A DNA stretch of 64,000 nt. Origin: a virus. This document shows, in pieces, positions 39,596-48,624 of the stretch. The stretch spans positions 97,266-161,265 of the IMG/VR virus record IMGVR_UViG_3300030419_004857; one strand, given 5' to 3'. The translations under genes and the position numbers were made by a program. The notes under the pieces are model-generated. The model was not told the DNA's origin and did not search any database. It saw only the letters and a program-made list of their open reading frames with translations. Numbering within the stretch: position 1 is the stretch's first letter; the number at the start of each line of letters is the position of its first letter.

Positions 39596-39944
39596 TATAA
39601 TGAAGCTCTCTATGACAATTAGCGCAAAGAAGCATACACTTTTCGGCTTCTTTTACAAGTGTTTCAAATTTACACCTCATCTTACTTCCAGACAGTCTGA
39701 ATTCTTTTTCCTCTGGATTTATGTGATGAAAGTCTAAAGCGGCTGGGCATCTGTCATATCCACACAACTTACACTTACCGCCAAGATGTTCAACTAGCCT
39801 TTTTTTTCGAATCCGACCTAAAGTAACACCGAATATCCGATGGCATTCTTTACACCATACCGTGAGTCCGTCTGATTGGCTTCTGTTTTTAGAAAACTTA
39901 GCAGTCGTTTTTTCTTCACCACACTTACTACACTTCTTTATCAT
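39576..39944 (-). CDS. HNH endonuclease
   Basis: CSKC, CKEC, CKLCG, LDFHH, LCANCH. Confidence 0.85.
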   Translation of the reverse strand: MIKKCSKCGEEKTTAKFSKNRSQSDGLTVWCKECHRIFGVTLGRIRKKRLVEHLGGKCKLCGYDRCPAALDFHHINPEEKEFRLSGSKMRCKFETLVKEAEKCMLLCANCHRELHYNESEEH

Positions 39945-40113
39945 TCTTAGGGTTCCTAATGGGAGTTATTCTTTCTCTAGCGTCCCATTGAATTCTCTCA
40001 ACTTCTTTTTTTAGTTTTCTCTCTTCTCTTAAACTCTTGCGCCTATCTAGAACCTTTTTCTTCGCTAATCGTTCGCGCTGTTTTTTCTTCTTTTGCTTTC
40101 TTTTCAATGTCAT
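39928..40113 (-). CDS. small basic protein
   Basis: Lys/Arg-rich 61 aa, coupled to neighbours. Confidence 0.5.
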   Translation of the reverse strand: MTLKRKQKKKKQRERLAKKKVLDRRKSLREERKLKKEVERIQWDARERITPIRNPKNDKEV

Positions 40114-40595
40114 CCCTGTCCTCCCAAATCTAGCTCAAACGGATTATCTGGATCATTATGTGTTTTTAAATCTTCATCTTTATGGTTGTAGTCTTTGGAA
40201 TGAATAACTAAGTCACTACTACTTTGAACCTTTGCTCCTCCAAGATTCCATTTTAAACCAACACCATACTTTTCACAAAACTTAACCTCTGGAACATTAT
40301 TAGAAATCCTATCTCCACCGTTTCCAAAATAGCATGGTCGTAATCGGTCTAATGCATCACACACAGTCCCATCAGAGTCGTCAACCGAAACAACATGATG
40401 AACATCGGCAAATGCCTCTAGGATAGCTTTACGCTCTTCAAAAGTCATAAAGGCGTACCCCTTCTTACGAACCAACCATTCGTCACTGTTTAAAATAACA
40501 ATAACGCTACCATATTTAGCAGCATCTTTAATCATATTTAAGTGGCCGACATGAACGGGGTCAAAGCCTCCACTAATAGCTATAGTTTTATTCAT
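40110..40595 (-). CDS. cytidylyltransferase-family protein (TagD-like)
   Basis: SGGFDPVHVGH, NSD, ER, NGGDR, SSS. Confidence 0.85.
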   Translation of the reverse strand: MNKTIAISGGFDPVHVGHLNMIKDAAKYGSVIVILNSDEWLVRKKGYAFMTFEERKAILEAFADVHHVVSVDDSDGTVCDALDRLRPCYFGNGGDRISNNVPEVKFCEKYGVGLKWNLGGAKVQSSSDLVIHSKDYNHKDEDLKTHNDPDNPFELDLGGQG

Positions 40596-40610
40596 TTACA
40601 CCACCTAATT

Positions 40611-40871
40611 TTAAAAGTCAAAGAAGGCAATGCATTGCTCACCTTCTTCTGTAAACCTCATGCTTGCAGCCTTATTCATAAACTTTAGTAGCTCATCAGG
40701 CTCCAAACCAAAGATGATCCCTTCGTCTTCGGTATATCTTTTTTCAAAACTTGTAACTTGGATAGGACCAGTTTTGCTGTGGGATGCACTTGCCAACCAG
40801 ACGACATTAGACGCATCCATATCCATCTGAAAGAAAACTGTTACATCATTTTTGAATTTAATCTCGGGCAT
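40611..40871 (-). CDS. hypothetical protein (start trimmed to MPEIK to avoid the tmRNA)
   Basis: RBS AAGGA upstream of ATG at 40871. Confidence 0.55.
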   Translation of the reverse strand: MPEIKFKNDVTVFFQMDMDASNVVWLASASHSKTGPIQVTSFEKRYTEDEGIIFGLEPDELLKFMNKAASMRFTEEGEQCIAFFDF

Positions 40872-40888
40872 TTTTAATTCCTTTAAAG

Positions 40889-41228
40889 TGGAGGCGGCGG
40901 GAATCGAACCCGCGTCCTGTATAGTTTCCACAACAGCTTCTACATGGTTAGTTTATTGTATTCGCACAACAAACAAGGCTAGCCTGATAAGTTCGGTTGG
41001 TATGCTCAGACGGCCCATATCCAACCTAGAGTGTATTATTAAGGAAACACACTAAAACCTTTTTTGGTCTGATTGGTTAATAAGGCTCAGACCGACCCCA
41101 AGCTACACTAGGCAGCTAACGCATACTGCTTTTCGGCAGTTACTTTTTGGTCAGCTTTTATAGTGGCCAACTGACCAACCACTCCATGCAACTATTACTT
41201 CTGCTACCAGTCGAAACCAATCGCCCCC
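40889..41228 (-). ncRNA. ssrA: tmRNA, tag (A)AEKQYALAA at 41137-41108
   Basis: 5' GGGGGCGA...GGTTTCGAC; 3' GGACGCGGGTTCGATTCCCGCCGCCTCCA with G3-U70; resume context TAACT-GCC; tag ends ALAA-stop. Confidence 0.93.
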
Positions 41229-41234
41229 CTTGTA

Positions 41235-42257
41235 TTAAATACTTGTAATAAACGGCGGGAGTCCCGCCCCTAGAGCTAATGCTACATCTATCTCTGCGGC
41301 ACTATCAACTATATCTTCATTAAGAAGTCTATCGGCTTCTTCAAGCATAGGTGACATTAACCTATCTTTAATTACACTAGACGATTCCCTAACCTTTCCC
41401 GGCACAGAAAATCTACCAGCCCTTTTACCTGATATAACATCGTAGCTATAAAATCCTCTATGTGACTTTCTTCCGAAGTCTTTATTTTTGTATAGTTGAT
41501 GGCATACGCTATTATCAGAAACGGTTATGTGGTCATATGCTTTTGCTATACTTTGAGATCCGTGGTAGATAACATCAAGACCAACGAGATCACATAGTTC
41601 TGCTGGACCCATAGGCCAACCGTGATTTTTCATAACCGTATCTATATGAGAATAGTCATGACCTTCTGAGACCATCTTATCAAACTCAATAAGATAAGGC
41701 ATTAACATTCTATTGACTACAAAACCGCTACAGTCATTGCAAATCAGTGGCACTTTTCCTATAGCTAAAGATGTCTTACATAGAATAGCTACGGTTTCTT
41801 CTGAGGTAGATGAACCTGAAACTACTTCGACGAGAGGCATTTTAGATACAGGATTAAAGAAGTGCATTCCTCCAAAATTGCTTCTGGATGATATGTCTTC
41901 TACTTTAAATGTTGAAGTGTTTGTAGCAACAAACTGATCCACACACTTGGAAACAACTTCTCTCTTTAATGAAAGAACCTCTGGAACTGCCTCTATAACA
42001 AGATCGGAAGATTCAATTGCCTCTGATAGATCAGTTGTGGTTCTGATTAATGGAATATCTTCGGCTAACTTAAATTGACCTACATCTATATCATATAGGT
42101 TGACATTAATAGACGCCTTCTCAGCCAAAACAGAAGCAATACCCATACCCATAGCACCTGCTCCAAGAACAGCAACGGTTTTTGGGATATCGGCGTTGGC
42201 AGAAATTTTTTCTGCTTTGGATATGAGACCTGAATAAAATTTACTATTATCTGACAT
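41235..42257 (-). CDS. 3-hydroxyacyl-CoA dehydrogenase (C-terminal half of a FadB/FadJ-type protein)
   Basis: VLGAGAMGMGIA, IEAVPE, TNTST, GMHFFNPV, GFVVNR, GWPMGP..L.D.VGLD. Confidence 0.9.
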   Translation of the reverse strand: MSDNSKFYSGLISKAEKISANADIPKTVAVLGAGAMGMGIASVLAEKASINVNLYDIDVGQFKLAEDIPLIRTTTDLSEAIESSDLVIEAVPEVLSLKREVVSKCVDQFVATNTSTFKVEDISSRSNFGGMHFFNPVSKMPLVEVVSGSSTSEETVAILCKTSLAIGKVPLICNDCSGFVVNRMLMPYLIEFDKMVSEGHDYSHIDTVMKNHGWPMGPAELCDLVGLDVIYHGSQSIAKAYDHITVSDNSVCHQLYKNKDFGRKSHRGFYSYDVISGKRAGRFSVPGKVRESSSVIKDRLMSPMLEEADRLLNEDIVDSAAEIDVALALGAGLPPFITSI

Positions 42258-42418
42258 TTTTAACCTTGTGTGGAGTATCTTTCCAGAGTAAATAATTTAC
42301 CACTCCCCAGATCGCAAAGTAGTTGGCTTGATCTACATCTCTAAGAGCAAACGATATCATCGCCATACTCCAGCATAAAATATACGCAACATGTAAACAC
42401 GTCTTTAACATTATTAAG

Positions 42419-42490
42419 TACCCCCGGTGAGAGTCGAACTCACGTTACCGCTTTATAAGAACGGCGTTCTAACCGTTGAACTACGGGGGC
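42419..42490 (-). tRNA. tRNA-Ile(UAU)
   Basis: GCCCCCG...CCGTT-CTTATAA-AGCGG...GAGTTCGACTC...CGGGGGT-A. Confidence 0.88.
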
Positions 42491-42495
42491 AAGCC

Positions 42496-42762
42496 TTATG
42501 CCTTATCCCTATCTATACGGTTCAATATTTCCCGTAGTTCGTCGGTAGTCATTATTACGCTCTGCTTGCTCAATATTTTGGTATCATCAAACCATGTCTG
42601 AATAAAAGACACTTCTTTATTACCCTCGGAAGTAAAGGCTTTGGTTTCCCAATGAAAGCTACCCATGCCTTCGTCACATTTATATATTAACCGTCCCATG
42701 AAGTTCGCCTTGTGTTGATAGACTGCATTGAATTGCTCTTCCCAACAAAGCGTCCTTCGCAT
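42496..42762 (-). CDS. hypothetical protein
   Basis: ORF overlapping the aldolase end; real start likely near 42699. Confidence 0.45.
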   Translation of the reverse strand: MRRTLCWEEQFNAVYQHKANFMGRLIYKCDEGMGSFHWETKAFTSEGNKEVSFIQTWFDDTKILSKQSVIMTTDELREILNRIDRDKA

Positions 42763-43654
42763 CTTCCTTATTACCTTCGGCCCAATACTTTAGAGCATTG
42801 TGTTGTAATTCTCTCCCAAATGAGAACGACATATACCAAGGTAAATCATTTTCATTATTAATAGCATTAAGATTTTCCACCGCAACTCCATCATCCTGTC
42901 CACCACTAAGAAAAGCAATTATCGGAACGGCAGATGGAACTGTTCGCTTGAACGACCTCACAGTAAATTCCGCAGTAACGCTTGGATCATTCTTTATACC
43001 TGAAGCATACCCATTTAGAATCATGTTAGGTTTAAGTATCATATATTCCAACTTAACCTTTTCATAGAACATGGCATCAAATACATGATGCAACACTCTT
43101 TCAGTTACATCGGCAGCTTCATCTATACAATGAAATCCATCCATTATGATTTCTGGTTCGACAATAGGGACAACACCTTCAAGCTGGCACTTTTTAGCAT
43201 ACCTAGCAAGGTTCCAAGCGTTAGCGAGAATACAAGAACCACTATCATCAACATTAATAATAGCACGCCACTTGGCGAATTCGGCCCCCAAGTCTTTATA
43301 GAGGCTGAGTCTTTCTGTAAGTCCATCCAGCCCCTCCGTTAGTTTACATCCTACGCCATATGGTTTAGCCCCCGTGTCAACTTTAATACCCAGCGTAATC
43401 CCCTTTTCCCTTAAAGGTTGTACGGTGGGTTCACCATCCATAATATGTTTTAAGGTTTCCTCATACAAGATAACACCACTAATATAGTCCTCTAGAGCTT
43501 CTGTGGAAAACAGCGTGTGCCTATAATTATGCCTAGTTCCCGGCGTGGAGTCTACACCAACGGAATCAAACCTTTTTTTGATTGTTGGGCTACTCTCATC
43601 TGCTGCCAGAATACCCTTTCCATTCACGCTGAGTTTTTCAATGATGTCTTGCAT
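42680..43654 (-). CDS. fructose-bisphosphate aldolase class I
   Basis: GILAADES, GIKVD, FAKWR, VPIVEPE, LKPNM, FLSGGQ, SFSFGR. Confidence 0.93.
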   Translation of the reverse strand: MQDIIEKLSVNGKGILAADESSPTIKKRFDSVGVDSTPGTRHNYRHTLFSTEALEDYISGVILYEETLKHIMDGEPTVQPLREKGITLGIKVDTGAKPYGVGCKLTEGLDGLTERLSLYKDLGAEFAKWRAIINVDDSGSCILANAWNLARYAKKCQLEGVVPIVEPEIIMDGFHCIDEAADVTERVLHHVFDAMFYEKVKLEYMILKPNMILNGYASGIKNDPSVTAEFTVRSFKRTVPSAVPIIAFLSGGQDDGVAVENLNAINNENDLPWYMSFSFGRELQHNALKYWAEGNKEDAKDALLGRAIQCSLSTQGELHGTVNI

Positions 43655-43672
43655 TTTTATTTAATCCGTTGA

Positions 43673-43723
43673 AAATAATGGCCGACAACACCAGTAGTTT
43701 GTGGACTACTGATGCTGTCAGCC
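43673..43723 (-). terminator. long RNA hairpin (terminator or processing site)
   Basis: 19-bp stem at 43680-43723 with three G-U pairs on the minus strand, followed by ATTATTTT. Confidence 0.65.
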
Positions 43724-43749
43724 AACAGGTAGAACGCTAGCCTCCGTTT

Positions 43750-44055
43750 CTAGACCTCAAGAACCTGACGAATCTTACCCCTAAGAACTTGGTAGTTTCC
43801 ACGATTTGAAGAAGCCGTAGTAGCTCCAACAATACTATCCTTAAGAGAAGTAGTCACACCCAGCTTCTTTGCAGCTTGAGTAGTGGTTCCATTACCGAGT
43901 CCCGATGAACGACAAACGGCAGTAAGAGGATTAAACTTCTTTCCACGAGTCTTGCCATTTTTGGCAGTACCAACAATCTTCTTTCCCTCTACTGTCCATG
44001 TGTAGGCAGTAGTTGTCTTATTAAGGGCCATCAAAAATTGTGTCTCAGTCATCAT
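43750..44055 (-). CDS. hypothetical basic protein
   Basis: 101 aa, RBS GGAGG. Confidence 0.6.
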   Translation of the reverse strand: MMTETQFLMALNKTTTAYTWTVEGKKIVGTAKNGKTRGKKFNPLTAVCRSSGLGNGTTTQAAKKLGVTTSLKDSIVGATTASSNRGNYQVLRGKIRQVLEV

Positions 44056-44225
44056 TACTTTCCTCCGGGTTATTTCCTAGTTCTTTTTCGCAATCAGCGA
44101 TATGGGCTTGCAGAGTAGCTACTTGCTTCTCTAATTCCAAGACCTTTTGTTTGCAATGCTCAATATAAGCATTAGCCATCTCTTCTTTACTCGGCATCAC
44201 GTTCCTCCTTTACCTGTTTACTTAG

Positions 44226-44543
44226 TTAATATTTCTTAACAATTTTAGGATTAGCAGATAGGCGGTTGTTTTTACCTACCGTAACAAAAAAAGAGTCTGT
44301 TATCTTAAAGCCGGGAACAACCTTGTCAGTGCTATTGTAGAATTTGCACCATACATTTACTCGCCAGTAGTTATCCCACAGATGGTTTGCATCAACTCTA
44401 AAAAAGCCTTTTGGTTTCCCTAGTCTTGATATAATCTTTTTCTTTATCTGCTCCTCTAGTTCAGAGTTATCTCCTTTTGAGCTTGGTACATCCTGATGCA
44501 TTGAGTTCACACTTTTTTCAAGAACTTGAGTTTGCACATTCAT
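44226..44543 (-). CDS. hypothetical protein
   Basis: LWDNYWRVNVW...ITDSFF. Confidence 0.6.
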   Translation of the reverse strand: MNVQTQVLEKSVNSMHQDVPSSKGDNSELEEQIKKKIISRLGKPKGFFRVDANHLWDNYWRVNVWCKFYNSTDKVVPGFKITDSFFVTVGKNNRLSANPKIVKKY

Positions 44544-44643
44544 TCTCTCTTTCCCAAATAAACAATCCTGTTTTAGAGACTATCCCGCTCTATCACAATG
44601 ATACGCTTTTGATGGGAAAATGTCAACACTTTTTTAATTTTTT

Positions 44644-44859
44644 TTATTCTGCAAAAGACTCTTCCTCGGTAGAAATAACATTAAATGAGTCCTTAACGTA
44701 TCTACTATCATTCACGCCTCCTTCTGGAATGTCTATATCTGATATTAGATCCTCCAGAAGATAGTCTTCACTATAAAGATTTTCATCTTCATCTGTTTCT
44801 TCTGGAACTAAAACAGTACAGTCGTAGCTCACGGTGTATCGAACCTTATAAGTCCTCAT
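44644..44859 (-). CDS. hypothetical acidic protein
   Basis: 71 aa; resembles 51677..51880 (YVxxSF). Confidence 0.5.
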   Translation of the reverse strand: MRTYKVRYTVSYDCTVLVPEETDEDENLYSEDYLLEDLISDIDIPEGGVNDSRYVKDSFNVISTEEESFAE

Positions 44860-45025
44860 AGATTATACTCCCAGATCAACCAGCCAATACCAAGACCTAC
44901 ACCGAGTATGAGAAGATTGTAAAAACTTATAGTTAACATATCAAGTATATCATATCTTCTAAACTTTGGCTCCACTTTAAGTTCTCCCGTCTCTTTAGTA
45001 AGTATCTTGTTTTTATCCACCACGT

Positions 45026-45301
45026 CTACTCCTCTAGCTTATACAGATTTAAGAAGCGCTTAAAATATATCGCATTAGCTATGTTAATAATCTTGTTATA
45101 TTCTTCTGTTGATAGTGTAATGCTGGAGTGAGTTAGAACTTCAGAGCCATCAAAGATGGATTGAGTTACCGTCAGGCTGGCATCATCCATATCAAAAAAG
45201 GCCACTGTCTCAGTTTCCCTATTGGTTTTCTTAGACTTGTCTTTTTCATCGTATATAATCATTAGTAGTGAACCCTTCCAACTCTTACGAAAGTTGCGCA
45301 T
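45026..45301 (-). CDS. hypothetical protein
   Basis: ORF downstream of guaC. Confidence 0.45.
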   Translation of the reverse strand: MRNFRKSWKGSLLMIIYDEKDKSKKTNRETETVAFFDMDDASLTVTQSIFDGSEVLTHSSITLSTEEYNKIINIANAIYFKRFLNLYKLEE

Positions 45302-46305
45302 TTTGGAAAGTCTTTTAGATTTCTTGCACCTACATAAGCACAGGCGCTTCTTAAGCCTCCTGTAATTTGTTGGACAATATTAGAGACCGGTCCTTTATAA
45401 TCTACAAACATGGACTTACCTTCTGATGTTCTATAATTTCCTACGCCACCATTGTGTGCATCCATAGCATCTTCGCTAGACATTCCATAAAACTTTAAAG
45501 ACTTATTTTCTCCTTCATATTCCCATTTGCCTTCACATTCCTCGGTCCCGGCAAACATGCTTCCAAGCATAACAAAATCGGCCCCAGCGGCAAAAGCCTT
45601 AACGACATCGCCAGATGTCCTGCATCCGCCATCTGCACAGATATGACCGTTTAGACCATGAGCCGCATCCGCACATTCTATAATAGCTGACAACTGAGGA
45701 TAACCGCAACCTGTTACCATTCTAGTTGTGCATACACTACCCGGCCCGATACCAATTTTAACTATGTCGGCCCCACCACTGATTAGTAGTTCGCTTACCA
45801 TCTCTGGCGTACACACGTTTCCAGCCATAATTACAGACTCTGGAAACATCTCTCTAATACGTTTAACGTGATCTACAAAAACTTTTTGATAGCCGTTTGC
45901 CACATCAATACATATTTTATGTATGCCAAGACCCTCTTCCTCTATATCTGGAAGTTGATCATCAACCTCTAGCAGTTTATCAACCTCTTCTTCTTTTATA
46001 CCCAAAGTGTAGAATGTATTTCGTCTGGGGTGAAAAGTAAAGTAGTCTACTAAATCGTCTACCTCGTAGAATTTATGAAGACAGGTTTGCATTCCGTAGT
46101 CATGTAGGCTGTCAGACATTTCCATAGTGCCTACAGTGTCCATGTTAGCGGCAACAATAGGAACAACAAGCTCTTTTACTGGCACATGAAGATAGTGATA
46201 TTCTTTTCGGATATCCACTCTAGACCTACTGGTAAGAGTAGACCTTTTCGGCCTGATAAGAACATCATCAAAATCCAGCTTAATTCCGTCCGCTATGATA
46301 ACCAT
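45262..46305 (-). CDS. guaC: GMP reductase
   Basis: KLDFDDVLIRPKRSTL, ANMDTVG, IDVANGY, GIGPGSVCTTR, YPQLSA, FYGMSS, SEGK. Confidence 0.93.
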   Translation of the reverse strand: MVIIADGIKLDFDDVLIRPKRSTLTSRSRVDIRKEYHYLHVPVKELVVPIVAANMDTVGTMEMSDSLHDYGMQTCLHKFYEVDDLVDYFTFHPRRNTFYTLGIKEEEVDKLLEVDDQLPDIEEEGLGIHKICIDVANGYQKVFVDHVKRIREMFPESVIMAGNVCTPEMVSELLISGGADIVKIGIGPGSVCTTRMVTGCGYPQLSAIIECADAAHGLNGHICADGGCRTSGDVVKAFAAGADFVMLGSMFAGTEECEGKWEYEGENKSLKFYGMSSEDAMDAHNGGVGNYRTSEGKSMFVDYKGPVSNIVQQITGGLRSACAYVGARNLKDFPKCATFVRVGRVHY

Positions 46306-46308
46306 TCT

Positions 46309-46566
46309 TTATTTCCTCCAACCTAATCTCCAAAGCACGGTAGCAATTTCACTTGCCGTCTGTTCAACCCATTCTTCATCCTTCCACCAGTCAGCAGCGT
46401 GAAGTAGTTCATGTAATAGTGTATCTAGCTCCTCTTTACCTTCTATATCCTTAGATATTTTTATCTTCTTTTCGGGTATATGTGGGGCGTCACATTTTCC
46501 TAAATATTTTCCCTTCATTTTGGAAAAGATTAAGTCCCAATACTTTCCGCCTACTTTTATTCTCAT
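46309..46566 (-). CDS. small HExxH metalloprotease-like protein
   Basis: DTLLHELLHA. Confidence 0.6.
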   Translation of the reverse strand: MRIKVGGKYWDLIFSKMKGKYLGKCDAPHIPEKKIKISKDIEGKEELDTLLHELLHAADWWKDEEWVEQTASEIATVLWRLGWRK

Positions 46567-48422
46567 ACTTGTTCATCGTATCTCATAAGTATAGAATCAT
46601 ATGCGTTTCCATTCTGGGGATTTGCTAGAGTTTTACCAAGAGATACGCTCTTTCTAATTTGAAGATCCGTTGGGTGACTGCCTGTTATTTTATTTTTTAG
46701 GTTCTCGCAAGATACATCCGCTATAGCGGCCATTAGTGGGTCTGCTTTAGCAAAGGTATAGCAGACTGTAACCATCATAGTCACTAAATGTTGTATTCTT
46801 CGAGAAAGAATAGACATTCTGCATTGCTTATCCGCTAATCCTAGTTGGTATTTACGCATAAGACCGCTAATTTCTAAAGCGGATCGTTGAAGACCTCGAA
46901 TGGCATAGTTCGCGTGATCTATTATATTACTATTGAATCCTATTGGACGAATTCCCCTCTTGGGAAGGATGGTTTCTTTGATTAGCCACTCGGCATAGGG
47001 CGTGAATGTTTTATAGTTCTTTATTATATCTATAGGGCTTAAACTCTTCTTACCTAGACCGGACATTAACTTTCCAACAGGTTCAAAGAAGGTGGAGCCA
47101 TGATCTTTTACCAGACTTTTGAAAAAGGCCATATTTAACATATCGCCCTCGCCCTCATAAATTAGCGGGGCAAGAACATCGTGAATGTTGTCACCTACTA
47201 CATGACCACCCAAAAAGGATCTTCCGCCATGAGTTTTCATGCAAAGGTCTATAGCCGCTTCTTTCTGACACTCAGACCCAAAAGTTTTGGCTATAATACA
47301 TTCTAATTCTCCTCTGTAACCTTTGTCAATAAGACCTGAACACCAAGCAACAAGGGCATCTGAGGATAGTATATATCCAGCTAGCCTAGCGATACGCTCC
47401 TGCACTAACTCTCTGTTCTTAATCGACTGCCCATATGTTGATCTGTAGCTTGCCCAAGGTATCATAGATTCTAACATTGTCTTCATGCAGCCTGACGCAT
47501 TAGCACACAAAGAAATTCTACCTAAGTTTAACCCATGATATGCTACAGTCAAACCATCGCCCCTGTCCAACTCTATTAAGTTTTCTTTAGGGACTCTATG
47601 ATTCGTAAAGATTAGTGAATTGTTATTTAATCTTCTAAGAGCATGAATTTTATAGTGTCCAATTCTAAAAGTGTCAGTATCGCCGTCAGGGATTTCTACC
47701 AATAGAACTTGTGGCTTATTGTTTATTTGGCATACAACAGAAACAAGTCCTCCATAGTGGACGTTTGTGATAAATAGCTTTGTTCCATTCAGGATGTAAT
47801 GATCCCCATCCAATTTAGCATATGTTTTCAACGCTGTCAAGTCTGATCCTGCACATGGTTCGGTTAAAGCAAAAGCAGAAAGAAAAGTTCCATCAGCAAG
47901 TCCCGGCAAATACTTTTCTTTTTGATATTCATTTCCAAATGTTCTAACGGGATCTACTGATCCTATGCAGCCGTGAATCGAACACATACCAGCCACGCTA
48001 GGTTCAATCCTAGCCATCTCTGTAAGAAAGGATGAAAACTCTGAAAATGATAGGGCTGGTTTATTTGGCAATGGAACCAGTAAGCCGTAATAGCCACTAT
48101 CAGATAATGCTTGAATCACCTCTTTGGTTAACTTATCTTCGGATGTATACATCGCATCATCTGACTGATATTTTTTTACAATATCAATACAGTTGTTGAG
48201 CATGGTAGAGTTCGGTCTGTGAAAATCAAACTCAAAGAATTCCCTAGTAGGGAACTCTCGGCTCCATACAGCTTTAAATGCTGGACTATTCTTGGTTTGA
48301 TGCTTATCATCAAACAGTTCCTCTACCTGATCGTCTGCTATATCTACCTTGCCTATACTGGTAGACTCTGCTGCGGTCTTACCGCTTAACTCCATAGCAG
48401 TTTCAGCAAAAGATTTACTCAT
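46563..48422 (-). CDS. acyl-CoA dehydrogenase (FadE-like)
   Basis: AFALTEPCAGSD, LNGTKLFITN, LNLGRI, HGGRSF, IYEG. Confidence 0.9.
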   Translation of the reverse strand: MSKSFAETAMELSGKTAAESTSIGKVDIADDQVEELFDDKHQTKNSPAFKAVWSREFPTREFFEFDFHRPNSTMLNNCIDIVKKYQSDDAMYTSEDKLTKEVIQALSDSGYYGLLVPLPNKPALSFSEFSSFLTEMARIEPSVAGMCSIHGCIGSVDPVRTFGNEYQKEKYLPGLADGTFLSAFALTEPCAGSDLTALKTYAKLDGDHYILNGTKLFITNVHYGGLVSVVCQINNKPQVLLVEIPDGDTDTFRIGHYKIHALRRLNNNSLIFTNHRVPKENLIELDRGDGLTVAYHGLNLGRISLCANASGCMKTMLESMIPWASYRSTYGQSIKNRELVQERIARLAGYILSSDALVAWCSGLIDKGYRGELECIIAKTFGSECQKEAAIDLCMKTHGGRSFLGGHVVGDNIHDVLAPLIYEGEGDMLNMAFFKSLVKDHGSTFFEPVGKLMSGLGKKSLSPIDIIKNYKTFTPYAEWLIKETILPKRGIRPIGFNSNIIDHANYAIRGLQRSALEISGLMRKYQLGLADKQCRMSILSRRIQHLVTMMVTVCYTFAKADPLMAAIADVSCENLKNKITGSHPTDLQIRKSVSLGKTLANPQNGNAYDSILMRYDEQV

Positions 48423-48622
48423 TTTTCTCCTTCATCTTCCAACCAAGGAACTTTTTGACCATTGTGATCCACTTGAATAAAACCACACCCCTCACACAAA
48501 ACTGTGACTACAAGACCTTGTTCAACTTCTTCTTTTGTAAGAAGTCCAGCAAAATCACACTCGGCCTCATTAGTCTTACTACCAAACAAAAAATTACTAC
48601 AATCCAAACAGAAATCAGCCAT
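48419..48622 (-). CDS. small Zn-binding phage protein
   Basis: MADFCLDCS...LCEGCG. Confidence 0.6.
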   Translation of the reverse strand: MADFCLDCSNFLFGSKTNEAECDFAGLLTKEEVEQGLVVTVLCEGCGFIQVDHNGQKVPWLEDEGEK

Positions 48623-48624
48623 AA

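Noticed and set aside
40871-40931. N-terminal extension of ORF 40611..40931
   Set aside because: Overlaps the tmRNA 3' end; a better RBS and ATG lie at 40871
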